NCBI GenBank assembly: GCA_964466315.1
Contig: CAYXNS010000005.1
Coordinates: forward strand, 17,498-81,497
Direction of reading: 5' to 3'
Source of the DNA: an uncultured Gammaproteobacteria bacterium
GTDB taxonomy: Bacteria; Pseudomonadota; Gammaproteobacteria; Steroidobacterales; Rariloculaceae
Length of the DNA: 64,000 nt
In this document: one piece after another, positions 1 to 9,373 of the stretch
Position numbering within the stretch: the first letter of the stretch is position 1
Layout: each line of letters opens with the position of its first letter
Translations under genes and position numbers: made by a program
Notes under the pieces: model-generated
What the model was told of the DNA's origin: nothing
Database searches by the model: none
The model's input: only the letters and a program-made list of their open reading frames with translations

Positions 1-116
1 GGCGGGGAAGCGGCGCAGGGCTTGAGGCTCACGCCGGGGCTGGCCATTTCCTCGCTATCGTTGCAACATTGTGGCTACTCTCGGGGTCTACTCCGATACA
101 GCAACCGGGCGCCATC

Positions 117-1112
117 ATGTTGATCAAGAAGCCGAACAACATCAAATCCTCAGAAATTACACCTGAGCCGATCTACCGGCAGCGGCGCGAACTCGTCAAG
201 GGCGCGCTCGCGCTGGGGCTCCTTCCCGGAGCCGCCGCAGTTGCTCAGGAACTCAGGGAATACACGCGCGACGACCTGCCCGAGCGCAAACTGCCCCTGC
301 TCGGCGGCGAAACCCTGCCGAACGTCACTCAATGGTCCGACAACCCCGACCTGCAGCCCTCTGCTTACGAAGATGTGACCGGATACAACAACTATTACGA
401 GTTCGGCGCTGACAAGACGGACCCGGCGCGCTACGCGCACGCGCTGGAGCCGCACCCGTGGACCATAACCGTCGAGGGCGAGGCTGAACATACCGGCACC
501 TACGCGTTTGAGGACCTGATCCGCCCGTACCCGTTGGAGGAACGGATCTACCGCTTCCGCTGCGTGGAGGCGTGGTCCATGGTCGTCCCCTGGGTCGGAT
601 TTCCGCTCGCGGACCTTTTGAGCCGATTTAACCCGACGTCGAAAACCAGTTTCGTTCAATTCTTCACGCTGAACGATCCAGAACAGATGCCCGGGGTGCG
701 GCAGCGCGTGCTGCGCTGGCCGTATCGCGAAGGCCTAACGATCGCCGAAGCCATGCATCCGCTGACCTTCGTCGCCGTGGGTTTATATGGGCAGGTGCTA
801 CCCAACCAGAACGGCGCGCCGCTGCGACTCGTGGTGCCCTGGAAGTACGGCTTCAAGAGCATCAAGTCGATCGTCGGCATCCGCTTCACGGAGACGATGC
901 CCGCGACGAGTTGGAACATGGCGAACGCACGCGAGTACGGCTTCTACTCCAACGTCAATCCGAACGTGGACCATCCGCGTTGGAGCCAGGCCAGCGAGCG
1001 TCCGCTCGGCGGCGGCCTGTTATCCGCGCGCGTCCCAACGCTGATGTTCAACGGCTACGCGGAAGAAGTTGCGCATCTCTATACCGATCTCGATCTCGTC
1101 GCTAATTACTGA
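117..1112 (+). CDS. msrP: protein-methionine-sulfoxide reductase catalytic subunit MsrP (YedY-type molybdoenzyme)
   Basis: ORF 69..1112 reads like YedY/MsrP (RFRCVEAWSMVVPWVGFPL, NGAPLRLVVPWKYGFKSIKSIV). An RR-containing leader follows ATG 117 (MLIKKP...), and the msrQ partner is immediately downstream. Start placed at ATG 117 rather than TTG 69. Confidence 0.85.
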   Translation: MLIKKPNNIKSSEITPEPIYRQRRELVKGALALGLLPGAAAVAQELREYTRDDLPERKLPLLGGETLPNVTQWSDNPDLQPSAYEDVTGYNNYYEFGADKTDPARYAHALEPHPWTITVEGEAEHTGTYAFEDLIRPYPLEERIYRFRCVEAWSMVVPWVGFPLADLLSRFNPTSKTSFVQFFTLNDPEQMPGVRQRVLRWPYREGLTIAEAMHPLTFVAVGLYGQVLPNQNGAPLRLVVPWKYGFKSIKSIVGIRFTETMPATSWNMANAREYGFYSNVNPNVDHPRWSQASERPLGGGLLSARVPTLMFNGYAEEVAHLYTDLDLVANY

Positions 1113-1175
1113 AAGCGCCTAAGAAGGCACGATACTGCGGCACTTTCAGAAAACCAACCGCATAAGGTCATTTCG

Positions 1176-1793
1176 ATGACTCGCCGTTTCCTCACGCTGG
1201 TCAAGGCGGCCGTCATCGTTGCCTGTATTCTACCGTTCACGATCCTCGTCGGGAGGATCGCGGGGTTTGGTGATCTCGGCGCGAATCCCATTCAGGAGGT
1301 AATGCATACGCTCGGCAAAACCGGGCTCAACCTGCTCTTGCTGACGTTGGCTATTACGCCCGCGCGCAAACTGACCGGCCTCAACTGGCTCGTCGCCCTG
1401 CGCCGCGCACTCGGACTCGCCGTTTTCGGCTACATCCTTCTGCACGCGCTCACCTATGTCATCCTGGACCAGGGTCTTGCCTGGTCGGCCCTGCTCGCCG
1501 ACGTTACTCAAAGGCCGTTCATCGCGGTCGGCGTAACGGCATTGCTGCTGCTCCTACCACTCGCAGTCACGTCGACCAACAAGATGCAGCGACGTCTCGG
1601 ACGGCACTGGGTCAAGCTGCACCGCAGCGTGTACCTCATTGGCGTTATCGGTGTCCTGCACTTCTTCTGGCAGGTCAAGATCACGACGATCGAGCCGTTG
1701 GTCTATACGATTATTCTGATCGTCCTGTTGGGATTCCGAGCCACGGATTGGCTCGTGCGGCCGCAGCGCCGGCCGGCTGTTAATAGACCCTGA
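1176..1793 (+). CDS. msrQ: protein-methionine-sulfoxide reductase heme-binding subunit MsrQ (YedZ)
   Basis: 205-aa polytopic membrane protein with conserved His in TM helices (ILLHALTYV, GVLHFFWQ), directly after msrP. Confidence 0.85.
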   Translation: MTRRFLTLVKAAVIVACILPFTILVGRIAGFGDLGANPIQEVMHTLGKTGLNLLLLTLAITPARKLTGLNWLVALRRALGLAVFGYILLHALTYVILDQGLAWSALLADVTQRPFIAVGVTALLLLLPLAVTSTNKMQRRLGRHWVKLHRSVYLIGVIGVLHFFWQVKITTIEPLVYTIILIVLLGFRATDWLVRPQRRPAVNRP

Positions 1794-2373
1794 AGCCTCC
1801 GTGACGTCTGCGAATCAAGGCGTCCAGGCACCACATGCCGGCCAGGAAACCGCTGATGAGCGCGACGCCGAGTGCCGCGGCAACCCACGACAGCGGCAAA
1901 CTGCCACGATAGGCCTCCATGCGTTCCTCGTAGGATTCCGTCTCGCGCTTCAGGCGCGCGAGTGTATCGAGGACGGCTTTGGAGGAGTCTTCACGCGCCT
2001 GGATATTCCGTCCGAGCTGTTCGGTCTGCTGTTCGGCAGCCTGCTGCGCCGCGTGAGCGCCGCTGAGCTCTTCGCGCATGATCACGAGCGCGGTCTCGAC
2101 CTCCGCGACCCTGAGCCGGGCCGGCTTCTCCGCCACTAGATACGCGGACTTCACCCAACCTTGCTCGCCGTCGGTCGTCTGCACTAGGGCATAATTAGGT
2201 GCGCGCGTGAGAACCTCGAGCTCTGCGCCACTGATCAAAGTCCGGAACGGGCGATCGCTCGTGTCCTCCGACTCGTGCAGGCCGAGCGTGAGTACATCCG
2301 TAACGTAGGCAGTCTCCGCCGATGCCGGCATCGAACCGAAAGCCAGTAGAATCGCAAGAATTGACCTTAACAT
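1780..2373 (-). CDS. bacterial SH3-domain protein with coiled coil and C-terminal TM anchor (YgiM/TIGR04211-like)
   Basis: Signal peptide, then an SH3b-like segment (RTLISGAELEVLTRAPNYALVQTTDGEQGWVKSAYL), a coiled coil and a C-terminal TM. The 3' end overlaps msrQ convergently by 14 nt. Confidence 0.7.
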   Translation of the reverse strand: MLRSILAILLAFGSMPASAETAYVTDVLTLGLHESEDTSDRPFRTLISGAELEVLTRAPNYALVQTTDGEQGWVKSAYLVAEKPARLRVAEVETALVIMREELSGAHAAQQAAEQQTEQLGRNIQAREDSSKAVLDTLARLKRETESYEERMEAYRGSLPLSWVAAALGVALISGFLAGMWCLDALIRRRHGGFRVY

Positions 2374-2456
2374 TCAATCGCCTCCAGTCACACCACGATT
2401 ATAAGAAGATTTCGCGTCTATGGACCGCGACCTGGTTACAGAATGTGGCCGTTGCT

Positions 2457-3875
2457 TCATGGTAGTTCGTGGACCCAACGGACGATCGCATCCTGAAACT
2501 CCTCCCCCGGGCCGCGATGGACGTCGGGCGCATTCAGCATCGCAACGACGACGTAGGTCCGCCCGCTCGTCGCATGCACGTAACCTGCGAGCGCCGAGAC
2601 GTGATCGAGCCGGCCGGTCTTGACATGCATGTTTCCCGCGACAGCACCGCGGCGGAATCGCCCCCGCGTCGTACCATCCAGACCACCGAGCGACAGCGAT
2701 GCCAGATATTCCGGACTGTGAGGGCTTTGTGAGGCGAGCAACAGGACATCCACCAGCAGCTCAGCCGAGATCCGCGTTTGCCGCGATAGGCCGGCGCCAT
2801 TGTCGAGTACGAGGCTCGCCGGATCGAGGCCCTGTTTCTCCAGATAGGCTCGGACGAACTCGAGACCTTTCGCCTCGGTGCCGGGCGGGCCGGAAGTCTC
2901 CGCGGCCAGCGTGTAGAGTAACTGCCGCGTCATCACGTTATTGCTGAACTTGTTGATGCTGCGAATCACCTCACCGAGCGGCCGCGACCGCCACGTCATT
3001 GCGGGCTCAGCATCCTCGCTGATGACCTCGCGTCGCGAACCTCCCCGAATCTGCCCACCGAGCTGTTGCCACAATGTCTCGAAGACGCCAAAGGCGTAGG
3101 TGTCATGCTGCAAGACGCTGCGACTTAGCGAATAGGGGCTGCAGGCTGCGGGAAAATCTCCGGAGAACACGACTGTCCGGCCCGTCGAAGCGTCTCGCAG
3201 ATCGAAACTGATACCGGCCTGGAATCCCCGGCAGGGACCACCGACCAGATCGAGATCATTGCGGATCGTGAGATTACTCGGTTCAGGATTGGCGCTGATG
3301 AGCACGCCGCGACGCTCGGGATCCTCGATAAACTGAAAGTGTACGGCCTTGAAATTGACAAGCAGCGCATCCGGCAAAACGTTGTAGGTCCTGTAGGGCT
3401 GGCCGTCGAAGGCACCGGGATCGCCGCCGTTGCCGTCGAAATAACTCGAATCGATGACGAGGTCGCCGGTTATTTCTTGGAGCCCGATACGCCGCAGGCC
3501 ACTCAAGAGTTTCCAGTATTCCTCGGTGACGAGATAGGGATCACCATAACCTTTGAGACCGAGATCGCCAACGAGGCGACTCCCGTCCCAGCCGCCGAGA
3601 AAATAGACTTCAGTCGGCCAACTATAGGTCGGGCCGAGCTCGTCCAGCGCAACCCAGGTGGTCAGGAGCTTGATGGTCGACGCCGGGTTTCGCGGCGTCA
3701 GCGCATAGTGACTCAACACGGGTTCGTCCCGATCGACGGCCTGAACGAGGAGACTCAGACCTTCGAGCGGTATCTCGTGACCGTTCAGGATCCGGGTCAG
3801 CGGCTCGGGTAAATCCTGCGCAACTGCCGTGCCGGCCGCGGAGCCAAGGACAAGTAGCGGGTAGAGCCAGCGCAT
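2457..3875 (-). CDS. dacB: D-alanyl-D-alanine carboxypeptidase/endopeptidase (PBP4)
   Basis: 472 aa with a signal peptide. Has the SxxK motif (ASTIKLLT), SNN (KFSNNVM) and KTG (HVKTGRL) in PBP4 order. Confidence 0.85.
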   Translation of the reverse strand: MRWLYPLLVLGSAAGTAVAQDLPEPLTRILNGHEIPLEGLSLLVQAVDRDEPVLSHYALTPRNPASTIKLLTTWVALDELGPTYSWPTEVYFLGGWDGSRLVGDLGLKGYGDPYLVTEEYWKLLSGLRRIGLQEITGDLVIDSSYFDGNGGDPGAFDGQPYRTYNVLPDALLVNFKAVHFQFIEDPERRGVLISANPEPSNLTIRNDLDLVGGPCRGFQAGISFDLRDASTGRTVVFSGDFPAACSPYSLSRSVLQHDTYAFGVFETLWQQLGGQIRGGSRREVISEDAEPAMTWRSRPLGEVIRSINKFSNNVMTRQLLYTLAAETSGPPGTEAKGLEFVRAYLEKQGLDPASLVLDNGAGLSRQTRISAELLVDVLLLASQSPHSPEYLASLSLGGLDGTTRGRFRRGAVAGNMHVKTGRLDHVSALAGYVHATSGRTYVVVAMLNAPDVHRGPGEEFQDAIVRWVHELP

Positions 3876-3916
3876 GGGCGAGTATTATGCCCAGGTCACG
3901 GCATTGCGGGCACGAT

Positions 3917-4366
3917 TTAAGTGCCCTGAGAAATGAATCCTGGCGCCTTCTTGTTCTTGCCGTTCACGACCCTTAGCGGCTCCGATCGCTTGCCACGAGC
4001 GGTCGATCGCTTGCCACGAGCGGTCGATCGCTTGCCACGAGCGGTGAGATCGGTGTAGAGAGACAGGATGGTGCGGGCGTGCTTGCCGGCCTGCGGCCGC
4101 GACATCTTGCGGATCGTAGCCCGGACGCTGGGCTCTTTGCCGACAGGGCTGGCGGAATGCAGTGCGGCGTGAAGTGATTCGAATTTACTGCGCAGGCTCT
4201 GTGGCAGGTCGCTGCTCTCCAGATCGTCAAGGTTTTCCGAGTAGGCTGTGACGAGCCGATCCTTAACCGATCCCTCTGCTACGAGGGCAGATACTGCGGC
4301 CTCAAACCGCTCAGCCAGATGGGGCATACATGAGCCTTTATTCTCGACTTTATTCTTGGCAGTCAC
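3917..4366 (-). CDS. hypothetical protein with basic C-terminal heptad repeat (ARGKRST x3)
   Basis: 149-aa ORF with a GTG start at 4366 (alternative ATG at 4327, MPHLAERF...). It lies downstream of, and on the same strand as, the sigma54 activator. No family recognised. Confidence 0.5.
   Translation of the reverse strand: MTAKNKVENKGSCMPHLAERFEAAVSALVAEGSVKDRLVTAYSENLDDLESSDLPQSLRSKFESLHAALHSASPVGKEPSVRATIRKMSRPQAGKHARTILSLYTDLTARGKRSTARGKRSTARGKRSEPLRVVNGKNKKAPGFISQGT
3984..4046. repeat. 3 x 21-bp perfect/near-perfect tandem repeat inside a CDS
   Basis: gatcgcttgccacgagcggtc at 3984-4004 and 4005-4025. The third copy (4026-4046) differs only at its last base. Encodes ARGKRST x3 on the minus strand. 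Confidence 0.95.
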
Positions 4367-4514
4367 TCAATCCGCTCCTGGCAGGGCGCTTTGTTGCGGG
4401 ACAATTCCAGCAAACAACGCTCTAGTAGGCAAAGTTATAACAAATTATAGGAACCGACTGCAACCTCACGGCACGGATCAAGTTATGCAATCAACAGCGC
4501 CCCGAGACACGGAC

Positions 4515-6338
4515 TCATCCCGCAGTTCTACGAGTCTCGCCGTTCTTGCCGATACCGAATTTCTTCATCCGGTCCGTAAATGTCGAAGGCTTGAGGCCCA
4601 CCATGCGAGCCGCACCCTCAGGGCCCGAAACGCGTCCATTGCTCAAGCGCAGCGCAGTCGACATGTTCTCCTTCTGGAGCGCGACGAGTTCCTTCTCGGT
4701 CATGATGAGAGTATCCACGCGATCAGGCCGGCTGTCCCGCCACCGGGAAGAGCGCAGAATATCGGCCATTGCGAGGTCGAGCCTCAACACTTTTCCCTGC
4801 GATAGAATCACGGCTCGCTCGATAACGTTCTTGAGTTCGCGCACATTGCCGGGCCAGTCGTATTTATTGAGCAGGCTCAGCTGCTGGCGCGACAGCGTCA
4901 GCGGCCGGTGACCGAAGTCCAGGCAGACCTTCTCCAGGAAGTGGCTGGCAAGCTGGACTATGTCCTCACCGCGCTCCCGTAGCGGCGGTACGTCGATCGG
5001 AAACACGCTGAGCCGGTAATAGAGATCCTCGCGAAAGCCGCGCTGCTCCACGAGCTGCTCGAGATCCCGGTTCGTGGCTGCGACGACCCTGACATCCACG
5101 GATAGCGTAGCGTCATCGCCAACTCTCTCATACTCGCTCTCCTGCAGGACGCGCAGCAGCTTGCCCTGCAGGTCGAGCGGGATCTCGCCAATCTCGTCCA
5201 GGAAAATCGTGCCACCGTGGGCGAGTTGAAAGCGACCGACGCGATCGCGGTGCGCGCCCGTAAACGCCCCCTTCACGTGTCCGAAAAACTCGCTCTCGAA
5301 CAGCTCGTGTGGTATCGAGGCGCAATTCACCTTGACGAGCGGCCCATCGGCACGGGAGCTGCGCGAGTGAATAACGTGCGCCACGAGTTCCTTGCCGACC
5401 CCGGACTCTCCCTGAATCAGCACGCTCGCGGAAGTCTGTGCGACGGCCTCGAGACGAGCTAGCATTTTCTCGAGCGCAGGACTCTCGCCGATGATCCGCC
5501 CGAAGTTCATCGACACCTGAACCTCCTCACGGAGGTAGTCCCGTTCCCGCTCGAGTTCCCCCCGCAGGCGGGCGTTCTCCTCGAATGCCACCCGAAGCTG
5601 ACGCTCGGCGCGATTTCTTTCGGTGACATCCTTCATGGCCACATAAAGAAAGGTAACATTACCGTTCTCGTCCCGATCGGCCCGCGCGGAGACGAGCGCT
5701 TCGATCTCCTCGCCCTCCCGGGTCAGGTAGCTCCGTGGCGCATTATCGAGCTCGCCTTGCGCGATGATGTTCACGAGCCTGCGCTGATCGAGATTCTCGC
5801 GCGAATTCTCCGCCATGAAATCCGTGATGTTGCGGCCGATGACTTCCTCCCGGCGGTAGCCGAGCTTCGTCAGCCAGCGGTCGCTGACGTAGACGATCCG
5901 GCCCCGGCTATCGACTGTGTGCAGCATCGCCGGGGTATCTCGGTAGAGATCCCGGTAGTGCTGCTCGATAGCGTCCGCGGTGCCGATCTCCGTGTATACG
6001 GCCACGGTACGCACGTAGTCACCGCTCTCCTCGTCATGCTCGACGACCGCATTGGCGAGGCAGGCCACAATCTCGCCGGACTCGGTAACGAGTTCGATGG
6101 GGACGTCGGTCAGACGTCCGGCGCGGCGCAGGAGCGGCATGTAGTCTTCGACGATGTGCGCCGCCGATTCGGGGCTCGAGAGATCCTGTGGGCGCAGTGC
6201 GTTTAGCTCGTCGCGGCTGTAACCGAAGCGCGCGAGCCAGGCATCGCTAGCATCGAGAAAGAATCCGTCTTGATCAAGTGATACCGACAACGCTGGGCTC
6301 TTGCGGAACAACCACTGATAGCTGGGTTCGGTAGACAT
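4515..6338 (-). CDS. sigma54-dependent transcriptional activator, PAS-PAS-AAA+-HTH
   Basis: 607 aa with two PAS-like N-terminal modules. The AAA+ core has [14 protein letters not shown] and ESEFFGH, and there is a C-terminal Fis-type HTH. Confidence 0.85.
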   Translation of the reverse strand: MSTEPSYQWLFRKSPALSVSLDQDGFFLDASDAWLARFGYSRDELNALRPQDLSSPESAAHIVEDYMPLLRRAGRLTDVPIELVTESGEIVACLANAVVEHDEESGDYVRTVAVYTEIGTADAIEQHYRDLYRDTPAMLHTVDSRGRIVYVSDRWLTKLGYRREEVIGRNITDFMAENSRENLDQRRLVNIIAQGELDNAPRSYLTREGEEIEALVSARADRDENGNVTFLYVAMKDVTERNRAERQLRVAFEENARLRGELERERDYLREEVQVSMNFGRIIGESPALEKMLARLEAVAQTSASVLIQGESGVGKELVAHVIHSRSSRADGPLVKVNCASIPHELFESEFFGHVKGAFTGAHRDRVGRFQLAHGGTIFLDEIGEIPLDLQGKLLRVLQESEYERVGDDATLSVDVRVVAATNRDLEQLVEQRGFREDLYYRLSVFPIDVPPLRERGEDIVQLASHFLEKVCLDFGHRPLTLSRQQLSLLNKYDWPGNVRELKNVIERAVILSQGKVLRLDLAMADILRSSRWRDSRPDRVDTLIMTEKELVALQKENMSTALRLSNGRVSGPEGAARMVGLKPSTFTDRMKKFGIGKNGETRRTAG

Positions 6339-6349
6339 AATACAATTTT

Positions 6350-6361
6350 ACGGATATCCGT
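6350..6361. promoter_or_regulatory. perfect 12-bp palindrome ACGGATATCCGT (candidate activator-binding site)
   Basis: Lies 12 nt upstream of the activator start codon and about 90-100 bp upstream of the sigma54 promoter at 6449. It shares the ACGGAT/ATCCGT hexamer with the next palindrome. Confidence 0.45.
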
Positions 6362-6377
6362 GTTTTATGGCAATGGC

Positions 6378-6397
6378 AATCCGTGATTTCACGGATT
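6378..6397. promoter_or_regulatory. perfect 9-2-9 palindrome AATCCGTGA-TT-TCACGGATT (candidate UAS)
   Basis: Read directly from the sequence, about 55-70 bp upstream of the -24 element. Same hexamer half-sites as 6350-6361. Confidence 0.5.
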
Positions 6398-6448
6398 ACC
6401 GGGAGAGGATAATTCTATAACTAACTATTTTTTAAATAAATTAATAGT

Positions 6449-6464
6449 TGGCATGGCTTATGCA
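6449..6464 (+). promoter_or_regulatory. sigma54 (-24/-12) promoter TGGCAT-N5-ATGCA
   Basis: TGGCATGGCTTATGCA has GG and GC at the canonical 12-nt register. It sits in an AT-rich divergent intergenic region, about 70 nt upstream of the small ORF. Confidence 0.6.
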
Positions 6465-6535
6465 TTGAAAAGGCCAAACACGCGATTCCCGCCACACTAT
6501 TTTTTTCGGAATCTCGTTAACCAAGGATGGATACG

Positions 6536-6826
6536 ATGTTGTACAGAGCACGATTAATAGCCTCATGGGTACGTCTCGGGACCGCGCTGACGGTCATCGG
6601 AGTGGGCATGATCAGCGCGCCACTCAGAGCGATGGAAGAGGTCACCGTAGGCGGTGCTCAGGCCGCCGCCGAGATGCGCGCACAGGATGCTCGCTTCCGG
6701 TCGGAGATGGATCTTTACGTTAAGACCGTCGAGCTCAGGTTCAAGGCGGATTTGGAGTTCGATATGAAGGGGGCGGTAGCACCGCCGCTCAGGCTGGCGA
6801 GCGCGCCCGCCAGCAATCGCGGCTAA
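6536..6826 (+). CDS. small exported hypothetical protein (likely target of the sigma54 promoter)
   Basis: ORF 6527..6826. ATG 6536 has AAGGA 8 nt upstream. Hydrophobic signal-like N-terminus (ARLIASWVRLGTALTVIGVGMISAPLRA). No family recognised. Confidence 0.5.
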   Translation: MLYRARLIASWVRLGTALTVIGVGMISAPLRAMEEVTVGGAQAAAEMRAQDARFRSEMDLYVKTVELRFKADLEFDMKGAVAPPLRLASAPASNRG

Positions 6827-7010
6827 GACTTAAACAGCGGTCGCCCGGCAGCCTCCCCCCCCTGCCCGGGAATGACCGCAAGCCTCGCCGGGAGGCACTT
6901 TTGGGGGCCGGGGACATCACCCGGCGTGACCTGGAGTTTTGGGTAGTATCGGAGTATGGACGTCCGACCCTGGTCCCCACTTTCTCCCCGCCCTTGCCGG
7001 CCCACGCGGC

Positions 7011-8348
7011 CTAGCGCGCCAGTATATCGAGCGGTCTCCCCTGCGGTTCCTCGAGCACCGTCCCGTCGCTGAAGACCAGACGGCCGTTCAAGATGGTCGT
7101 AATAATGCTGGCGTTGAATATCGTACCCTCTAACGGTGACCAGCAGCAGAGGTATTGCACGCTCTCCGGAGTAACCACGCTGGGCTTATTCAGGTCCACG
7201 ATGACGAGATCCGCAAAATAGCCCTCACGCAAGAAGCCTCGGCCCGTGACGTTAAATAAGCGTGCAGGATTGTGTGCGGCTTTGGTCACGATCTGCTCCA
7301 GCGTGAAAAGCCCTTCGCGCTGTTGCTGCAGCAGCATCTGTAAGGAATGCTGGATGAGTGGCAACCCGGCCGGCGCCTCAAAGTAAGTCTGCTCTTTTTC
7401 CTCTCGCGTGTGCGGCGCGTGATCGGTAGCGATGACATCGATGAGATCCTGCTGAACGCCGCGGATCAGTCCCTCCCGATCCTCACGCGTCTTGATAGCC
7501 GGATTACATTTGATTCGCGTGCCCTGCTCAGCGTAATCGGATTCGTCGTACCAGAGATGGTGGACACAGACTTCGGCCGTGATTTGCTTCGACTCGAGTG
7601 GGCCCGCGTCGAACAAATTCAGCTCACGCGCAGTGGTCAGGTGAAGGATGTGCAGCCGCGTGCCGTGACGCTTCGCGAGTTCCACCGCGAGCGACGACGA
7701 CATCAAGCAGGCTTCCGCCGAACGAATCTCCGGATGCGCAGCTATAGGCACGTCGTCACCGTAGCGCTCCCGAAATCGCGCCTCGTTGGCACGAATCGTC
7801 GGCGTGTCCTCACAATGCGTCGCGACCGGAAGCGTGGCATCCGCGAAGATCTTCCCCAAGGCCTCGCGATTGTCTACGAGCATGTTGCCCGTGGAAGCGC
7901 CCATGAACACCTTGATGCCACAGGCATCCGCAGCTGTGACCCGCTGGATCTCCCCGAGATTGTCGTTCGTCGCACCGAGATAGAACGCATAGTTCGCATA
8001 GCTGCGCCCTACTGCGCGCGCGTACTTTTCGGCGAGTGCCGAGCGATCCGTCGTCGGTGGGCTCGTATTCGGCATCTCCATGAAGCTCGTGACGCCGCCG
8101 AAAAGCGCTGCGCGCGACTCGCTCGGTATCGTCGCTTTGTGCGTGAGCCCCGGCTCGCGCAGGTGCACCTGATCGTCGATGAGGCCGGGTAGGACGTAAC
8201 AGCCGCCTGCATCGATGACGTCATCCGCCGGACCGGCCGAGAGTCCCGTGTCGATTCTCTCGATGCGATCGCCGTCGAGCAGAATGTCGGACTGGAAGAC
8301 CCTCCCCTCGTTGACGAGCGTGCCGTTGACGATCAAGGTCTTGCTCAT
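7011..8348 (-). CDS. pyrC: dihydroorotase (cyclic amidohydrolase family)
   Basis: 445 aa with LPGLIDDQVHLREPG (HxH metal motif), FMGASTGN and ATDHAPH. ATGA overlap with upstream pip. Confidence 0.8.
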   Translation of the reverse strand: MSKTLIVNGTLVNEGRVFQSDILLDGDRIERIDTGLSAGPADDVIDAGGCYVLPGLIDDQVHLREPGLTHKATIPSESRAALFGGVTSFMEMPNTSPPTTDRSALAEKYARAVGRSYANYAFYLGATNDNLGEIQRVTAADACGIKVFMGASTGNMLVDNREALGKIFADATLPVATHCEDTPTIRANEARFRERYGDDVPIAAHPEIRSAEACLMSSSLAVELAKRHGTRLHILHLTTARELNLFDAGPLESKQITAEVCVHHLWYDESDYAEQGTRIKCNPAIKTREDREGLIRGVQQDLIDVIATDHAPHTREEKEQTYFEAPAGLPLIQHSLQMLLQQQREGLFTLEQIVTKAAHNPARLFNVTGRGFLREGYFADLVIVDLNKPSVVTPESVQYLCCWSPLEGTIFNASIITTILNGRLVFSDGTVLEEPQGRPLDILAR

Positions 8349-9295
8349 TTCGCAAACCCGTCCGTTGCCATGATGAGTTCATGCATGATGCCCGGCTCAT
8401 AAGCCGAGTGGCCGGCGTCCTCGACGAGGTGAAACTCGGCCTCCGGCCAGCGGGTCACGAGTTCCCAGGCCGTTTCCATCGGGCAGACCACGTCGTAGCG
8501 GCCCTGCACGATGACGGTGGGAATATGACGGATGCGGTCGACACCATCGAAGAGCTGATTCTCCGACTCGAAAAAACCGTCGTTCATGAAGTAATGAACC
8601 TCGATACGCGCCAATGCGATCGCGAACTCGGTCTGCTCGAACGGCAGCGTGTGTGCCGGCTTCGGCAGCAGGAAACTCGTTGCGCCCTCCCAATAGGACC
8701 AGGCTCGTGCGGCTTCGACCATGACCTCCTTGTCGTCGCCGGTGAGCCGGCGATGGTAAGCGCCGAGGAGATCGTCGCGCTCCTCGGGCGGAATCGGTTC
8801 GAGAAAACGCTCCCATTGATCCGGGAACAGGAAACTGGCGCCATGCTGATAAAACCAGGCAAGTTCCTTGCGGCGCAGCAGGAAGATCCCGCGCACGACG
8901 AGTTCGCTGACCGAGTCCGAGTGGGCCTCGGCATAGGCCAGGGAAAGCGTGCTGCCCCAGGAGCCGCCGAAGACAAGCCATTGTGAAATCCCGAGATGCT
9001 CCCGCAGCCGCTCCATGTCGGCGATGAGATGCCCTGTTGTATTGCCTTCGAGCGAGGCATGCGGGCGGCTGCGGCCTGCGCCGCGTTGATCGAAGACGAT
9101 GATCCGGTAACGTGTCGGGTCGAAGAACCGCCGCGCGCCTTTGTCACCGCCGCCTCCAGGCCCACCGTGGACGAACACGGCCGGCTTGCCCTCCGGGTTG
9201 CCGCATTGCTCGTAGTAGACGACGTGCTCGCCATCCGGCGGCAAGAAGCCCTCATCGAAAGGCTCCAGTGCGGGATAGAGTGTGCGAAGCTTCAC
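8345..9295 (-). CDS. pip: prolyl aminopeptidase (proline iminopeptidase)
   Basis: 316 aa with HGGPGGG, a GGSWGSTL nucleophile elbow and a C-terminal AGHSAYEPG. Confidence 0.85.
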   Translation of the reverse strand: MKLRTLYPALEPFDEGFLPPDGEHVVYYEQCGNPEGKPAVFVHGGPGGGGDKGARRFFDPTRYRIIVFDQRGAGRSRPHASLEGNTTGHLIADMERLREHLGISQWLVFGGSWGSTLSLAYAEAHSDSVSELVVRGIFLLRRKELAWFYQHGASFLFPDQWERFLEPIPPEERDDLLGAYHRRLTGDDKEVMVEAARAWSYWEGATSFLLPKPAHTLPFEQTEFAIALARIEVHYFMNDGFFESENQLFDGVDRIRHIPTVIVQGRYDVVCPMETAWELVTRWPEAEFHLVEDAGHSAYEPGIMHELIMATDGFAK

Positions 9296-9373
9296 TTGCC
9301 GTGAACGTGTCGAGTTAGATCGCCCGCAGCTCGCTGCTCTATACTCCGAAGCTCACTCATCTCGGGTGGGATC

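Noticed and set aside
3984-4046. Considered whether the 21-bp repeats could be a small CRISPR array.
   Set aside because: The repeats are directly abutting with no spacers, are in frame within a CDS, and no cas genes are present.
6844-6902. Imperfect hairpins (CCCGGCAG..CTGCCCGGG; GCCTC-GCCGG-GAGGC + ACTTTT) after the small sigma54-dependent ORF, as possible terminators.
   Set aside because: The stems are short or bulged, and the T-run is only 4 nt and interrupted. This is plausible but not supportable.
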